Below the pieces are notes generated by a model. The model saw only the letters and a list, made by a program, of their open reading frames with translations. It did no database searches and was not told where the DNA came from. The position numbers were made by a program, and so were the translations under genes. 56,396 bases of DNA from a virus, in the IMG/VR virus record IMGVR_UViG_3300045988_043442, positions 1-56,396 of that record; one strand, 5' to 3'. Positions 14,025 to 24,000 of this stretch are shown piece by piece. The stretch's first letter is position 1. Every line of letters begins with the position of its first letter.

Positions 14025-14247
14025 AATAATCATTAAAACAAGAGCTAGCGGTTACACAAAGATTTATGCCAATGGGAAATGGCAGAAGAAAGTACGCGTA
14101 ATTGATTATCATGCAGAATGCAGTAACAAAGATGGTATAAATGTTACTTGCGAATTTGATAAATTGAAAACTGATAAAAACGGTTCGGTTATTTACGACC
14201 CGGAAAAAGAAGAAATTGCAAAAGAACACATAGTTGCAAGGATTTAA
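14005..14247 (+). CDS. Hypothetical protein
   Basis: ORF in a tight co-directional array. Confidence 0.5.
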   Translation: MKKARSKIIIKTRASGYTKIYANGKWQKKVRVIDYHAECSNKDGINVTCEFDKLKTDKNGSVIYDPEKEEIAKEHIVARI

Positions 14248-14258
14248 GGAGCAAAGTT

Positions 14259-14447
14259 ATGAAAATATCAGAGATGAATAACTGCATTGAGAAAATGCGG
14301 GAGTGCTACAAGTTTGATGATGATAAAACGGAAATACGGATTGGGGATATGATGAGTGGAAGTAACAGATATGTAACTGTCTGTGCAAGGGACGAAAACG
14401 GAACACAGATTGAAATGACAAGGCGTGCGGATGAATTAGAACAATAA
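14259..14447 (+). CDS. Hypothetical protein
   Basis: ORF in a tight co-directional array. Confidence 0.45.
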   Translation: MKISEMNNCIEKMRECYKFDDDKTEIRIGDMMSGSNRYVTVCARDENGTQIEMTRRADELEQ

Positions 14448-14476
14448 TTGCTGATTATCGGCGGAAAGGAAACCAA

Positions 14477-14635
14477 ATGGACAAAATGAAATTCGGAATG
14501 AAAATTGCCTATCAAGGAGTAAAAGAAGAAATGGAAACAATAGTTGCAGAACTTGCAAGAAAAGAAATTGAAAAGCCAAAAGGCTTTAGTGTATTGGAGC
14601 AGTTTATAAAAGACAGACTTTCAGAATGCGAATAA
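14477..14635 (+). CDS. Hypothetical 52-aa protein
   Basis: ATG lies behind GAAAGGAAA. Hand-translated. Confidence 0.4.
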   Translation: MDKMKFGMKIAYQGVKEEMETIVAELARKEIEKPKGFSVLEQFIKDRLSECE

Positions 14636-14720
14636 AAACAATTACCGACTATGGACTAATTGTAGTTGCTGACCTTAGAAAGATAAAGGTTGATAAAACA
14701 TAGAAAAGGAGACGGAGAAC

Positions 14721-15101
14721 ATGAAGAAGCTATTTGTAAGTGTGCCAATGAAAGGCAGAACAGAGGAAGAAATCAAAGCAAGTATTCAGAAAATGAAAAA
14801 GATTGCTGAGATATACGAGGGTGAGGAACTAGAACTTATCGACAGCTACATTGAGGATAATCCACCTAAAGACAGCAAAGAAGCCGTATGGTATTTAGGC
14901 GAGAGCCTTAAGAAGTTGGCACAGGCTGATGTATTTATCGGAATCGATGAAGCATATGATTGGAATGGCTGTTATATTGAAAGAGATACAGCACAAAGAT
15001 ATGGCATTAAAACATACATGGCTTCGGCAAGATATGTAATTGACGATTATAGTGCACTTGTGCAGAAATTATATCCGGTTGTCCATGACGTACTACTCTA
15101 A
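14721..15101 (+). CDS. Possible nucleoside 2-deoxyribosyltransferase-like / DUF4406-like protein
   Basis: GGAGACGGAG RBS. The N-terminal KKLFVSVPMKG and later ADVFIGID...W pattern gives only a weak resemblance. Confidence 0.5.
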   Translation: MKKLFVSVPMKGRTEEEIKASIQKMKKIAEIYEGEELELIDSYIEDNPPKDSKEAVWYLGESLKKLAQADVFIGIDEAYDWNGCYIERDTAQRYGIKTYMASARYVIDDYSALVQKLYPVVHDVLL

Positions 15102-15205
15102 CAAAATTTTACCGGCTAACAAATAGAGTTAGTCGCTACCCTAAAACAGTTATAGGCAGAGGTCTATAAGCACCTTTGCTTTTTAAAAGTGGAGGTGCTT
15201 TTCTT

Positions 15206-16939
15206 ATGGCTAGTCAGAGCCTTATTTCCACAGTTAATGGATATGAAAATTACATAGAGAAAAATGGAATAGATGAACAGGTAATTAATGCCTATGTAGA
15301 CGCTTGCAGCGTAGCCATAAACGGCGAGAAAGATGTTGGGTATGGATTACAACTTACAGAAAAGGCAAAAGAGCTTATAGAGCGTTTCTGTAAGGACAAG
15401 ACAGGCGGAACGATATGGGATTTAGAGAAGTATGCGTTTGCAAATAAAACGGAATATGAGCTGATTAATTGGTTTTACGATATTTTACTGATTGAAGCTC
15501 AACACAAAGTTGTTGATAGCGGATTTAGATATCTTGAAAAGAAAAGAGAGCCTAAAGAACGATTTTATATGCCACGTCGCAAACAATTCTTAAAAATGGG
15601 ATTAATAGAAGCCTTACAGGGCATGATTGATGATAAATACGATATATTGTGCGTGTCATTAATACCTGGAGCGGGAAAGACAACCATCGAAAAGATGTTT
15701 AACGCTTTAGTAGCTGGTTGGTTTCCTAATGATTTTTGCCTTTTTTACTCCCATTCTGGCGACATTACACGAATGTATTATGATGGTGTATACGATATTG
15801 TTACAAATGCTGATGAATATGCATGGAACGAAATCTTTCCTAGCCTTACAGTTACAAGCACTAATGCAAAGTTAGAGCAGTTCAATATCGGCAAATATAA
15901 GCCATTTCCAAGCGTACAATGTACATCTGTAGGAAGTAAGAATGCCGGTAAAGTTCGTGCAAGTAAGTTTTTACTTGTGGATGATATGATAGGTGGTATT
16001 GAAGAAGCACTTAATCCTATGGTACTTGATAAGCTGTGGGATAAATATGCAGTAGATGCCAGACAAAGAAAAATCCAAGATACAGACGGACATAACTGCA
16101 AAGAGATACATATTGCTACACGTTGGAGCGTACATGATGTTATCGGAAGAATACAGAATATGTACGCAGGAAACAAAAGAGTTAAGACTATTGCCGTACC
16201 AGATGTAGACCCAGTAACAGGCGAGAGTAATTTTGATTATGAGTATAGCGGATTTACGAAAGAGTTTTTTGCTGACCAACAATTACTCATGGACGAAATA
16301 TCTTATAGATGTTTGTATAAACAAGAGCCTATCGAACGTGAGGGGTTATTATTCCCAGATGATAAAATCCGCAGATACCTTAATCTGCCACACGGAGAAC
16401 CAGAAATTATCACAGCTCAATGTGATACAAAAGGTAAAGGTACGGATTATTTTGTACTACCGGTATTGCAAAAATATGGAGAAGATTATTACTGCATTGA
16501 TTGCGTATGCGATAACACGGCAGATTATGAAGAACAATATAGAAATGCTGCAGGTGTGCTTGTAAATAATAAAGTGCAAGAGTGTGAGTTTGAGCGTAAC
16601 GCCGGCGGCGACAGAGTGGCTATGGAAGTTAATAAGCGAGTTGAGAGTGTAGGTTGGATATGTAACATTACTGATACACCAACTGAAACAAATAAGGAAG
16701 CAAGGATATTCCAATGTTCCAACTGGATATTACAACATATTATTTTCAAAGACTCATCGCTCTACAAACCTAATGAGCCATACGGAGTAATGATGTCGCT
16801 ATTAAAGCAGTATTCAGTATCGGGTAAAAAACAATTAGATGATGTTCCAGATGTTTTCTCAAACTTTGCACTAAGAATGACACAAGGTAATAGAACAGCT
16901 AAAGTTGAAGCTGCTATAAATCCATTTAGGAGGTATTAA
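15206..16939 (+). CDS. terL: Terminase large subunit
   Basis: GGAGGTG RBS. Walker A-like PGAGKTT. Size and position directly upstream of the portal region. Confidence 0.8.
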   Translation: MASQSLISTVNGYENYIEKNGIDEQVINAYVDACSVAINGEKDVGYGLQLTEKAKELIERFCKDKTGGTIWDLEKYAFANKTEYELINWFYDILLIEAQHKVVDSGFRYLEKKREPKERFYMPRRKQFLKMGLIEALQGMIDDKYDILCVSLIPGAGKTTIEKMFNALVAGWFPNDFCLFYSHSGDITRMYYDGVYDIVTNADEYAWNEIFPSLTVTSTNAKLEQFNIGKYKPFPSVQCTSVGSKNAGKVRASKFLLVDDMIGGIEEALNPMVLDKLWDKYAVDARQRKIQDTDGHNCKEIHIATRWSVHDVIGRIQNMYAGNKRVKTIAVPDVDPVTGESNFDYEYSGFTKEFFADQQLLMDEISYRCLYKQEPIEREGLLFPDDKIRRYLNLPHGEPEIITAQCDTKGKGTDYFVLPVLQKYGEDYYCIDCVCDNTADYEEQYRNAAGVLVNNKVQECEFERNAGGDRVAMEVNKRVESVGWICNITDTPTETNKEARIFQCSNWILQHIIFKDSSLYKPNEPYGVMMSLLKQYSVSGKKQLDDVPDVFSNFALRMTQGNRTAKVEAAINPFRRY

Positions 16940-16945
16940 TTCACT

Positions 16946-17377
16946 ATGACAACTAAGGATTATCTGAATCAGATAAGCAGGCTTAACAGAATGATAAATA
17001 ATAAGCTGACAGAAATAACACAGCTCAGAGAACTTTCTCGCAGCATATCGGCTATTGGAAACGAAGAAAAGGTAATATCGTCATCTGACCCAGATAAAAT
17101 AGGCACTACATACGCCAAGATTGATGAAATGGAACGTAATCTTGATAAGATGATAGATGAATATATTGAAAAGAAAAACTTGATTATAGGGCAAATAGAC
17201 AGCATAGAGAATGAAGATTACTATAATATTCTGTTTTCAAGATATATCGAAAAGAAAACTTTTGAAGTTATTGCTACAGAAATGAAATATTCATGGAGAC
17301 AAATCATCAGACTTCACGGAAAGGCTCTTAAAGCATTTGAAGAAAAATATGGTAACACATATTTAAAGATGTCATAG
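16946..17377 (+). CDS. DUF1492 / sigma-70 region-4-like phage transcriptional regulator
   Basis: YLNQISRLNRMI...SSSDPDK...ILFSRYIEKKTFEVIATEMKYSWRQIIRLHGKALKAF. Confidence 0.6.
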   Translation: MTTKDYLNQISRLNRMINNKLTEITQLRELSRSISAIGNEEKVISSSDPDKIGTTYAKIDEMERNLDKMIDEYIEKKNLIIGQIDSIENEDYYNILFSRYIEKKTFEVIATEMKYSWRQIIRLHGKALKAFEEKYGNTYLKMS

Positions 17378-17461
17378 AATGTCATATTACACCAATGATA
17401 TACTGTATCTGTAAGAAATTACAGAGCTGTTTTTCATAAATAAAATATTCCTTATCGAGAG

Positions 17462-17492
17462 GCACCGTTGCTTAATTGTGACGGTGCTTTTT
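17462..17492 (+). terminator. Intrinsic terminator between the terminase and portal units
   Basis: GCACCGT / ACGGTGC stem, then TTTTT. Confidence 0.65.
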
Positions 17493-17513
17493 GTTATGCA
17501 ACGAGGTAAAAAT

Positions 17514-17723
17514 ATGAATTTTTATATGAATAAAGATAAATCAATCATGTGTCCGAACTGCCGTAAGTTCTTAACTAAGGCAGACAGCAAAGACCCAAGA
17601 ACACATAAACTGGCTTGTAGGCACTGTCACAAGTGGATTTGGTATGTGCCTAACGATGATGATAATTTTCAAATTAAGGAAATGCCGGACAGCAGAAGTT
17701 CAAGCGGTATGACATTTTATTAG
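17514..17723 (+). CDS. Mu Com-like zinc-ribbon protein
   Basis: CPNCRKFLTKADS...LACRHCHKWI resembles the Com translational-activator finger. Confidence 0.45.
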   Translation: MNFYMNKDKSIMCPNCRKFLTKADSKDPRTHKLACRHCHKWIWYVPNDDDNFQIKEMPDSRSSSGMTFY

Positions 17724-17732
17724 GAGCAAGAT

Positions 17733-19166
17733 ATGAACACAATGTATTTTCAAGACCTTGTTAGAGGCTGTTATGGTAGAAAAATTGCATACACGAATGT
17801 AGATACAATAACTGCTAACAATGTTGTTAAGGTTATTGGAAGTACTATAGGCGTATTTAATTGGAATAAGCCGGTTATCAAGTATCTGTGGCATTATTAC
17901 AAGGGCGACCAACCAATATTATACAGGCATAAGCTAACCAATGAAGATATTACAAACAAGATTGTCGAGAACCACGCATATGAAATTGTTCAGTTTAAGG
18001 TAGGGCAAACATATGGTGAGCCAATTCAATTTATTAGCCGCAAAGATGATGAAGCTATCAATAAGGCGGTTGATATACTCAATGATTTTATGGCGGATGC
18101 CAATAAGCAGGAGAAAGATATTAAAGCTGGAGAATGGCAGTCGGCAACAGGAACATCATTCAAAGCAGTTCAACCCAAAAATGGAGATGTGCCATTCAGA
18201 ATTGTAGCACCTACGCCAATGAATACTTATGTTGTTTACAATGAAAGTACAGAAGAACCTATGCTTGTTGTGCAGGAACTTAAAGACGAGGATGGAAACT
18301 GGTATAAGATGGCATTTTCCGACACTATGTCTTTTAGAATTGTTGACAGCAAAGTAGTTGAAAGGAAACTACATACATATGGCGAAATTCCTATTGTAGA
18401 GTTCCCTAATAACCACGAAAGAATATCTGATATTGAGCTTGTTATAGGTATGCTTGACGCAATCAATAATATGCAGTCTAACAGAATGGATAGCATACAG
18501 CAGTTTGTTGAGTATTGGGTTAAGTTTGTTAATTGCGAAGTTGACACAGAAACATTTGAAAAAATGAAAATGAACCACGCTCTTACAGTTAAATCTATCA
18601 ATAAAGACAACAAGTCAGATGTTGAGATTATGACGCAGGAGCTTAATCAGACACAATGCCAAGTTGCTAAGGAAGATTTATGGGATAACACATTATCAAT
18701 ATTGGCAATTCCTAACAAACAAGGTAATACCGGCGGAGATACACAGGGGGCAGTTGAATTAAGAAATGGTTGGGACTTTTCTAAAACAAGAGCAAAGTTG
18801 AAAGACCCTATTGTTAAATCGTGCGAAAAGCGATTAGCTGTAGCAGTTCTTAATATTCTAAGACTTGCGGGACAAGATTTAAAGTTGTCAGTCAGAGATT
18901 TTGATGTACAGATAAATCACAGTCCACAAGATAATATGTATACCAAGGCTCAGACGTTGCTTTTGCTTTTACAAGCTGGCATACATCCACTTGTTGCAAT
19001 TAAAACAGTTGGGTTATGGGGCGATTCTGAAAAAACATATGTATTATCTAAGCCATATTTAGATAATCTATACAAAACTATTAAAGATGTAGAAGAACAA
19101 GAAAAGAAAGCGCAAGAGATAGTTAATCAACTTAATAATCAGCAAAATAAGGCAGTTATCGAATAA
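17733..19166 (+). CDS. Portal protein (SPP1 gp6-like)
   Basis: 477 aa. Position after TerL. YYKGDQPILYR-type N-terminal motif. Confidence 0.8.
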   Translation: MNTMYFQDLVRGCYGRKIAYTNVDTITANNVVKVIGSTIGVFNWNKPVIKYLWHYYKGDQPILYRHKLTNEDITNKIVENHAYEIVQFKVGQTYGEPIQFISRKDDEAINKAVDILNDFMADANKQEKDIKAGEWQSATGTSFKAVQPKNGDVPFRIVAPTPMNTYVVYNESTEEPMLVVQELKDEDGNWYKMAFSDTMSFRIVDSKVVERKLHTYGEIPIVEFPNNHERISDIELVIGMLDAINNMQSNRMDSIQQFVEYWVKFVNCEVDTETFEKMKMNHALTVKSINKDNKSDVEIMTQELNQTQCQVAKEDLWDNTLSILAIPNKQGNTGGDTQGAVELRNGWDFSKTRAKLKDPIVKSCEKRLAVAVLNILRLAGQDLKLSVRDFDVQINHSPQDNMYTKAQTLLLLLQAGIHPLVAIKTVGLWGDSEKTYVLSKPYLDNLYKTIKDVEEQEKKAQEIVNQLNNQQNKAVIE

Positions 19167-19273
19167 TCGGTAGCTGCTTTTATTTTATACATTTTGCAGC
19201 TATGCGGTAAATAGCAGAAGACACAGCAGGAGCGACCTGCGGTAACAAAAGCGTGTGTTTAACGGAGGTAATT

Positions 19274-19831
19274 ATGACAAGAGAAGATGTATTAAAACTT
19301 TTTCCAGAAGCAACAGATGAACAGATTACAAATCTTCTTAATCAGAACAATTCAGAAGTTGCTACGGAGAAAAACAAGGCAAAGCAGTACAAGGCTAAGG
19401 CTGACACAGCAGACGACTTAAAGAAACAGCTTGATGAATTACAAGCTGGCAATCTGACAGAGCTTGAAAAGGCAAACAAAGCCTTAGATACAGCTAATCA
19501 GCAGATAGCCGATTTACAGAAATCTAACGCTATCAGAGACCAGAGGGAAGCAGCTATGACTAATTTTAAGATTACTGCCGAACAGGCAAAGACAGTTGTT
19601 AAAGATGATGGAAGTCTTGATTACACCGAACTTGGCAAGATTATGTCCGAGAAAGAAACAGCTGCGGCACAAGCCAAGGAACAGGAGATTGCTAAACATC
19701 AGGATATTCCAGGCGGCGGCAGTAATAAAGGCGGTGCAGACAATAAGACAAATGCTGAAAAGATAGCAGAAAGCCTTATATCTAATGCACCTAAGAACAA
19801 TGACGTTTTATCACATTACATTCAGCAATAA
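19274..19831 (+). CDS. Scaffolding protein (GP20-like)
   Basis: Coiled-coil, K/E/A/Q-rich. Lies between the portal and capsid genes. Confidence 0.7.
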   Translation: MTREDVLKLFPEATDEQITNLLNQNNSEVATEKNKAKQYKAKADTADDLKKQLDELQAGNLTELEKANKALDTANQQIADLQKSNAIRDQREAAMTNFKITAEQAKTVVKDDGSLDYTELGKIMSEKETAAAQAKEQEIAKHQDIPGGGSNKGGADNKTNAEKIAESLISNAPKNNDVLSHYIQQ

Positions 19832-19844
19832 CAGGAGGTAAGAA

Positions 19845-20198
19845 ATGGCAAAGGAAATGAATATGCAGTATGAAAAGACTTCATACGCAGGAGATGTTCA
19901 GATTTTAAAGAGAGAGCCTAATGAAGCAATCCCATTAACACTTGATTTTGATGGCGTAACAACTACAAACGCACAGGGCAAGAAGATTGTCAAAGCAGGT
20001 ACTCCAATCGGAGCAAACGGAAAGGCTGATAACACAGCTACAGTAGTGGGTATTTTAAGGTTTGATGTAACAGAGGACAGACCGCAGGGCGTACTGCTCA
20101 AGAAAGCATATCTTAACACAAAGGTAGCAGAAGCACATTCAGGCGTTACATATGATGCAACAGTTAAGACAGCCCTTCCAATGATTGTATTTGAATAA
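19845..20198 (+). CDS. Head decoration-like protein
   Basis: 117 aa, immediately upstream of the major capsid gene. AGGAGG RBS. Confidence 0.5.
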   Translation: MAKEMNMQYEKTSYAGDVQILKREPNEAIPLTLDFDGVTTTNAQGKKIVKAGTPIGANGKADNTATVVGILRFDVTEDRPQGVLLKKAYLNTKVAEAHSGVTYDATVKTALPMIVFE

Positions 20199-20215
20199 TA
20201 ACAGGAGGTAAACAG

Positions 20216-21289
20216 ATGTTAATCAATGAAGTATTAGACAGCAAGTCTATCGCATTATCAGCAACAGAAAACGCTAGTAATCAGATACCTTATCTCGGTT
20301 TACAGTGGTTTCCGGAAAGAAAGAAACAGGGGCTTGATTTAAGCTGGATTAAGACACATAAAGGACTTCCAGTATCACTTGCACCATCCAACTTTGACAC
20401 AATCCCAACAATTAGAGCTAGAGAGGGATTAAGCAAGGAAAAAACACAGATGGCATTTTTCCGTGAGGGAATGACAGTAGGCGAAGAGGAAATGCTCGAA
20501 ATCGAGCGTATTCAGTCAGCGGACGACCCTTACCTTGCAAGTGCTTTATCAAGCGTATATGACGATACCAACAACCTTGTAAGCGGTGCAGAAGTTGTAC
20601 CGGAGCGTATGAGAATGTCACTTCTTGCTACAAATGCGGGTCACCCAGTAATTGCCATTGTGAGCGATGACGTTCAGTATGCTTACGATTATGACAAGGA
20701 TGGTTCATACGCAAAAGACCATTACGCAAAGTTATCCGGCACAAGTATGTGGAGCGATACAACTAATTCAAAGCCACTTACAGACCTTAACAACGCAAGA
20801 AAGAAGTTAAAGAAGCAGGGCAAGATTGCTAAATATGTGCTTATGAATAGCAATACATTCCAGTATTTGCTTGATAATGCACAGATAAGAAACTCAATCC
20901 TCGCACAGAACCTTACAGCAACTATCGAGGTTGATGATGATACCGTTATTTCAGTAGTGCAGAAGAGAACAAAGCTCACTATTGTACTTTACGATAAGAT
21001 GTACATTGATGATGATGGTAAGGAGCAGTACTTCTACCCGGATAACAAGGTTACACTTCTTCCAGCTAGCAATCTTGGTAGCACTTGGTTTGGAACTACA
21101 CCGGAAGAAAGAACAGCAAGACAGGTAGCTGATGTAGACGTAACAGTATATGGTGTAGGTATTACAGTTGCTACAAAGACAGAGTACGGACCACCTATGA
21201 AGATGTCAACATTTGCTTCCGAAGTTGTACTTCCATCATATGAAAACATGGATAGCACATTCGTATATGAGGTTCATAGCGAAGAGTAG
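20216..21289 (+). CDS. Major capsid protein (lambda gpE-like family)
   Basis: 357 aa, AGGAGG RBS, position after scaffold and decoration genes. Confidence 0.8.
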   Translation: MLINEVLDSKSIALSATENASNQIPYLGLQWFPERKKQGLDLSWIKTHKGLPVSLAPSNFDTIPTIRAREGLSKEKTQMAFFREGMTVGEEEMLEIERIQSADDPYLASALSSVYDDTNNLVSGAEVVPERMRMSLLATNAGHPVIAIVSDDVQYAYDYDKDGSYAKDHYAKLSGTSMWSDTTNSKPLTDLNNARKKLKKQGKIAKYVLMNSNTFQYLLDNAQIRNSILAQNLTATIEVDDDTVISVVQKRTKLTIVLYDKMYIDDDGKEQYFYPDNKVTLLPASNLGSTWFGTTPEERTARQVADVDVTVYGVGITVATKTEYGPPMKMSTFASEVVLPSYENMDSTFVYEVHSEE

Positions 21290-21301
21290 GAGGTGCAACT
21301 T

Positions 21302-21520
21302 ATGATATATCCATATATAGTGATTCATAACGGAAAATGGTATAACGCAGGCGAAGAGGTTCCCGAAGAGGGGGCTTTTTTAGGTTATAGCAAGACAACC
21401 ATTAATCGTATGTCTACATCTGATTTGCAGGCTTTTGCCACAGAACAAGGCATAGACAATGCAGAAGAACTTACAGGAGCAGAGTTAAAGAAGCTGTTAA
21501 TTGAGAAATTAGGATTATAG
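21302..21520 (+). CDS. Small protein with Rho-N/SAP-like helix-extended-helix C-terminus
   Basis: DLQAFATEQGIDNAEELTGAELKKLLIEKLGL. Confidence 0.5.
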   Translation: MIYPYIVIHNGKWYNAGEEVPEEGAFLGYSKTTINRMSTSDLQAFATEQGIDNAEELTGAELKKLLIEKLGL

Positions 21521-21530
21521 GAGTTAGGCT

Positions 21531-21776
21531 ATGGAATTGAAAGATACAGTAGAAATGATGAATAGTGCTGATTACAAAGAGAGATTTAAAGCGGAATATC
21601 AGCAGGTAGTTATTCGCTATAAGAAACTAAAAAATATGCTTGATAAGTGGGATAACGATAAACTTACATTTACTCCAACTTGCCCCAGAAGTACATATAA
21701 TATGCAGATTAAAGCAATGACAGATTATATTGCAGTTCTTGAAGCAAGAGCGGTAATGGAAAATGTAGAGATTTAG
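21531..21776 (+). CDS. Hypothetical head-module protein
   Basis: ORF in the late array. Confidence 0.5.
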   Translation: MELKDTVEMMNSADYKERFKAEYQQVVIRYKKLKNMLDKWDNDKLTFTPTCPRSTYNMQIKAMTDYIAVLEARAVMENVEI

Positions 21777-21790
21777 AAAGGGTTTGAACT

Positions 21791-22171
21791 ATGGAAGAAT
21801 ACACCACATTGGAGCAAGTTAAAATCAGACTTAAACAATTTCATATTGATACAGTCACAAATGATGATGAAACAACATCTGATGTGGTAGTGTTCGATAA
21901 CAAAGAAGATAATCCAATAATCGAACAACTTATTAAACAGGCTACAGAAGATGTAAAGGCAAGAAGAAATTACCCTGACATCTACACAGATGAAATGATA
22001 ACCGAGGACTTAAAGAAATTTGAGAGTGTTATTGTTAATCTGGCTGTCTACGACCATTCACAGGCAGGTGAAGCATTTATGGCAAGCTACAATGAAAATG
22101 GTGTCAACAGAACTTGGAGAGATAGAGACAGCTTATTTGTTGGGGTATTTCCTTTTGCTAAGGTTTTATAG
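21791..22171 (+). CDS. Head-tail connector (gp6-like) candidate
   Basis: Size and position. N-terminal YTTLEQVKIRL pattern. Confidence 0.5.
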   Translation: MEEYTTLEQVKIRLKQFHIDTVTNDDETTSDVVVFDNKEDNPIIEQLIKQATEDVKARRNYPDIYTDEMITEDLKKFESVIVNLAVYDHSQAGEAFMASYNENGVNRTWRDRDSLFVGVFPFAKVL

Positions 22172-22257
22172 AAGATTGTGCGTTACCAATACGGTAGCAG
22201 GCGGCACACATTAAGGGTGGTGGGCGGTGTGCCTATTAATTTTGCAGGAGATATAAA

Positions 22258-22563
22258 ATGAAAGAATTTTTATTACAAACTTATACCGTAGTATTACCGA
22301 TATTACTTGGCTATATAGTTTGGCTTCTGAAACAACAGAAAAAAGACAAAGACGCCAATAGTAAAGGCACAATGTTACTTTTACGAGTACAACTTATCGA
22401 ATATCACGATAAGTATATGAAAATAGGCGAAATTCCATCTTATGCTTATGACAATTTTGTTGAGATGTATAACGCATATCACGCATTGGGCGGCAATGGA
22501 ATGGTAACTAAGATGTATAACGAAATACAGGAAATTCACTTAAAGAATGGAGGTAAAGATTAA
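22258..22563 (+). CDS. Single-TM protein, holin-associated candidate
   Basis: N-terminal TM VVLPILLGYIVWLL followed by KQQKKDKD. Adjacent to the holin. Confidence 0.45.
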   Translation: MKEFLLQTYTVVLPILLGYIVWLLKQQKKDKDANSKGTMLLLRVQLIEYHDKYMKIGEIPSYAYDNFVEMYNAYHALGGNGMVTKMYNEIQEIHLKNGGKD

Positions 22564-22564
22564 A

Positions 22565-22834
22565 ATGGATATAACATCAGTATCAACAGTAGTTGCAATC
22601 GTTGTAATTACATATCTGATAGGCTTAGGAGCTAAGGCGATTCCTCACATTAAGGATAATTACATTCCTATAATCGTAGGCGTTGCAGGCGGTATCTTAG
22701 GCATTATAGGTATGTATGTAATACCGAACTTTCCGGCAAATGACATTCTTAATGCGATAGCAGTAGGAATTGTGTCCGGATTATCAAGCACAGGTGTTAA
22801 TCAGATTTATAAGCAGGTAAAGAACAATGCTTGA
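22565..22834 (+). CDS. Holin (Hol44 / Phage_holin_5_2-like)
   Basis: Three hydrophobic helices and a C-terminal GVNQIYKQVKNN tail typical of this holin family. Confidence 0.7.
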   Translation: MDITSVSTVVAIVVITYLIGLGAKAIPHIKDNYIPIIVGVAGGILGIIGMYVIPNFPANDILNAIAVGIVSGLSSTGVNQIYKQVKNNA

Positions 22835-23285
22835 CATTAATAAGCAGGCTATGAAGTATTCACTTCAAGGGCAGACAGTAACTATCTATGAAAGAGATGA
22901 TGACGGCAATATCCTTTATGAGGGATATACCGACACAGAGGGCAACTTCATTCCTTATCTTGATGATGAGGGAAATAAGATACCAAAAGTTCTTGAAGAG
23001 AAAACGGGCTTTTCAGAGCCTGCGGATTTCAAAGCAAACATATCATTCAGCGGCGGAGAAGCACAGAGCAAGGAATATGGCTTTGATACGGCTGATTTTG
23101 ACGCTATTTTGCTGACAGATAGGAATGTGTTACCTATTCAAAAAGGCGACCTTATATGGCTTGATAGCAAGCCTACATACACATCTGACAGTCTTGTTGA
23201 TGAAACATCAGCGGATTTCACGATTGTAGGCATTAAGCCAGCATTATATTCAACCAAGTATATGCTTAAAGCAGTTGTAAAGTAG
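22827..23285 (+). CDS. Hypothetical head-tail joining protein
   Basis: ORF in the late array. Confidence 0.5.
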   Translation: MLDINKQAMKYSLQGQTVTIYERDDDGNILYEGYTDTEGNFIPYLDDEGNKIPKVLEEKTGFSEPADFKANISFSGGEAQSKEYGFDTADFDAILLTDRNVLPIQKGDLIWLDSKPTYTSDSLVDETSADFTIVGIKPALYSTKYMLKAVVK

Positions 23286-23294
23286 GTGGTAGAC

Positions 23295-23483
23295 ATGAAG
23301 TATCAGACAGGTGGATTTTCAAAAAGCGACTCTTTGTTTATACACGCAGACAATGAACAATTAGTTGGTTCTGTCTTTAAAGGAAAGATGATTCCATCTA
23401 CGCAAGAGCCAATAACTGAAAGCATAAGGCAAGCTGTTTTGCAAGCAGTTAAGGAGCGTGTTTATGGCAAGACATACAATTAA
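23295..23483 (+). CDS. Hypothetical small protein
   Basis: ORF in the late array. Confidence 0.4.
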   Translation: MKYQTGGFSKSDSLFIHADNEQLVGSVFKGKMIPSTQEPITESIRQAVLQAVKERVYGKTYN

Positions 23484-24000
23484 TATATCATTGTCAGAAA
23501 AGTCCGTAAATGAAGCTATCAGACAGCTACAACAGTATAAGCAGAGTTTACAGTATAAATGCGAACTGCTTGTTGAACGACTAGCAGAATTAGGCGACAA
23601 AGCGGCAATTATGAGTGTCAATGAAAGTCCATTAGGTAGGACAGTAACATTGAGAGTTGACAGAAAGCCTATTCAAGATGGCTACCAAGCTATTTTAATT
23701 GCTACAGGTAAAACTGTTGAGGTAGAAGATAGAGAGCCATTTTACACGCTATTAGCGATTGAATTTGGTGCTGGTATTCATTATAACGCTGTTGCTAATC
23801 CTAAAGCTGATGAATTAGGGTTAGGAGTTGGCACATATCCTGGACAGGTTCATGCTTGGGACGACACATGGTGGTTTTGGGATGAACAAAGTGAAAGTTG
23901 GAAACCTACTCACGGCGTTAAGGCTACAATGCCTATGTATAACGCCACAATGGAGATTGTTAATCAGTATAAGCAGATAGCAAGAGAGGTATTTAGTTAA
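23464..24000 (+). CDS. HK97 gp10-like tail-component candidate
   Basis: Position and size only. Confidence 0.4.
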   Translation: MARHTINISLSEKSVNEAIRQLQQYKQSLQYKCELLVERLAELGDKAAIMSVNESPLGRTVTLRVDRKPIQDGYQAILIATGKTVEVEDREPFYTLLAIEFGAGIHYNAVANPKADELGLGVGTYPGQVHAWDDTWWFWDEQSESWKPTHGVKATMPMYNATMEIVNQYKQIAREVFS

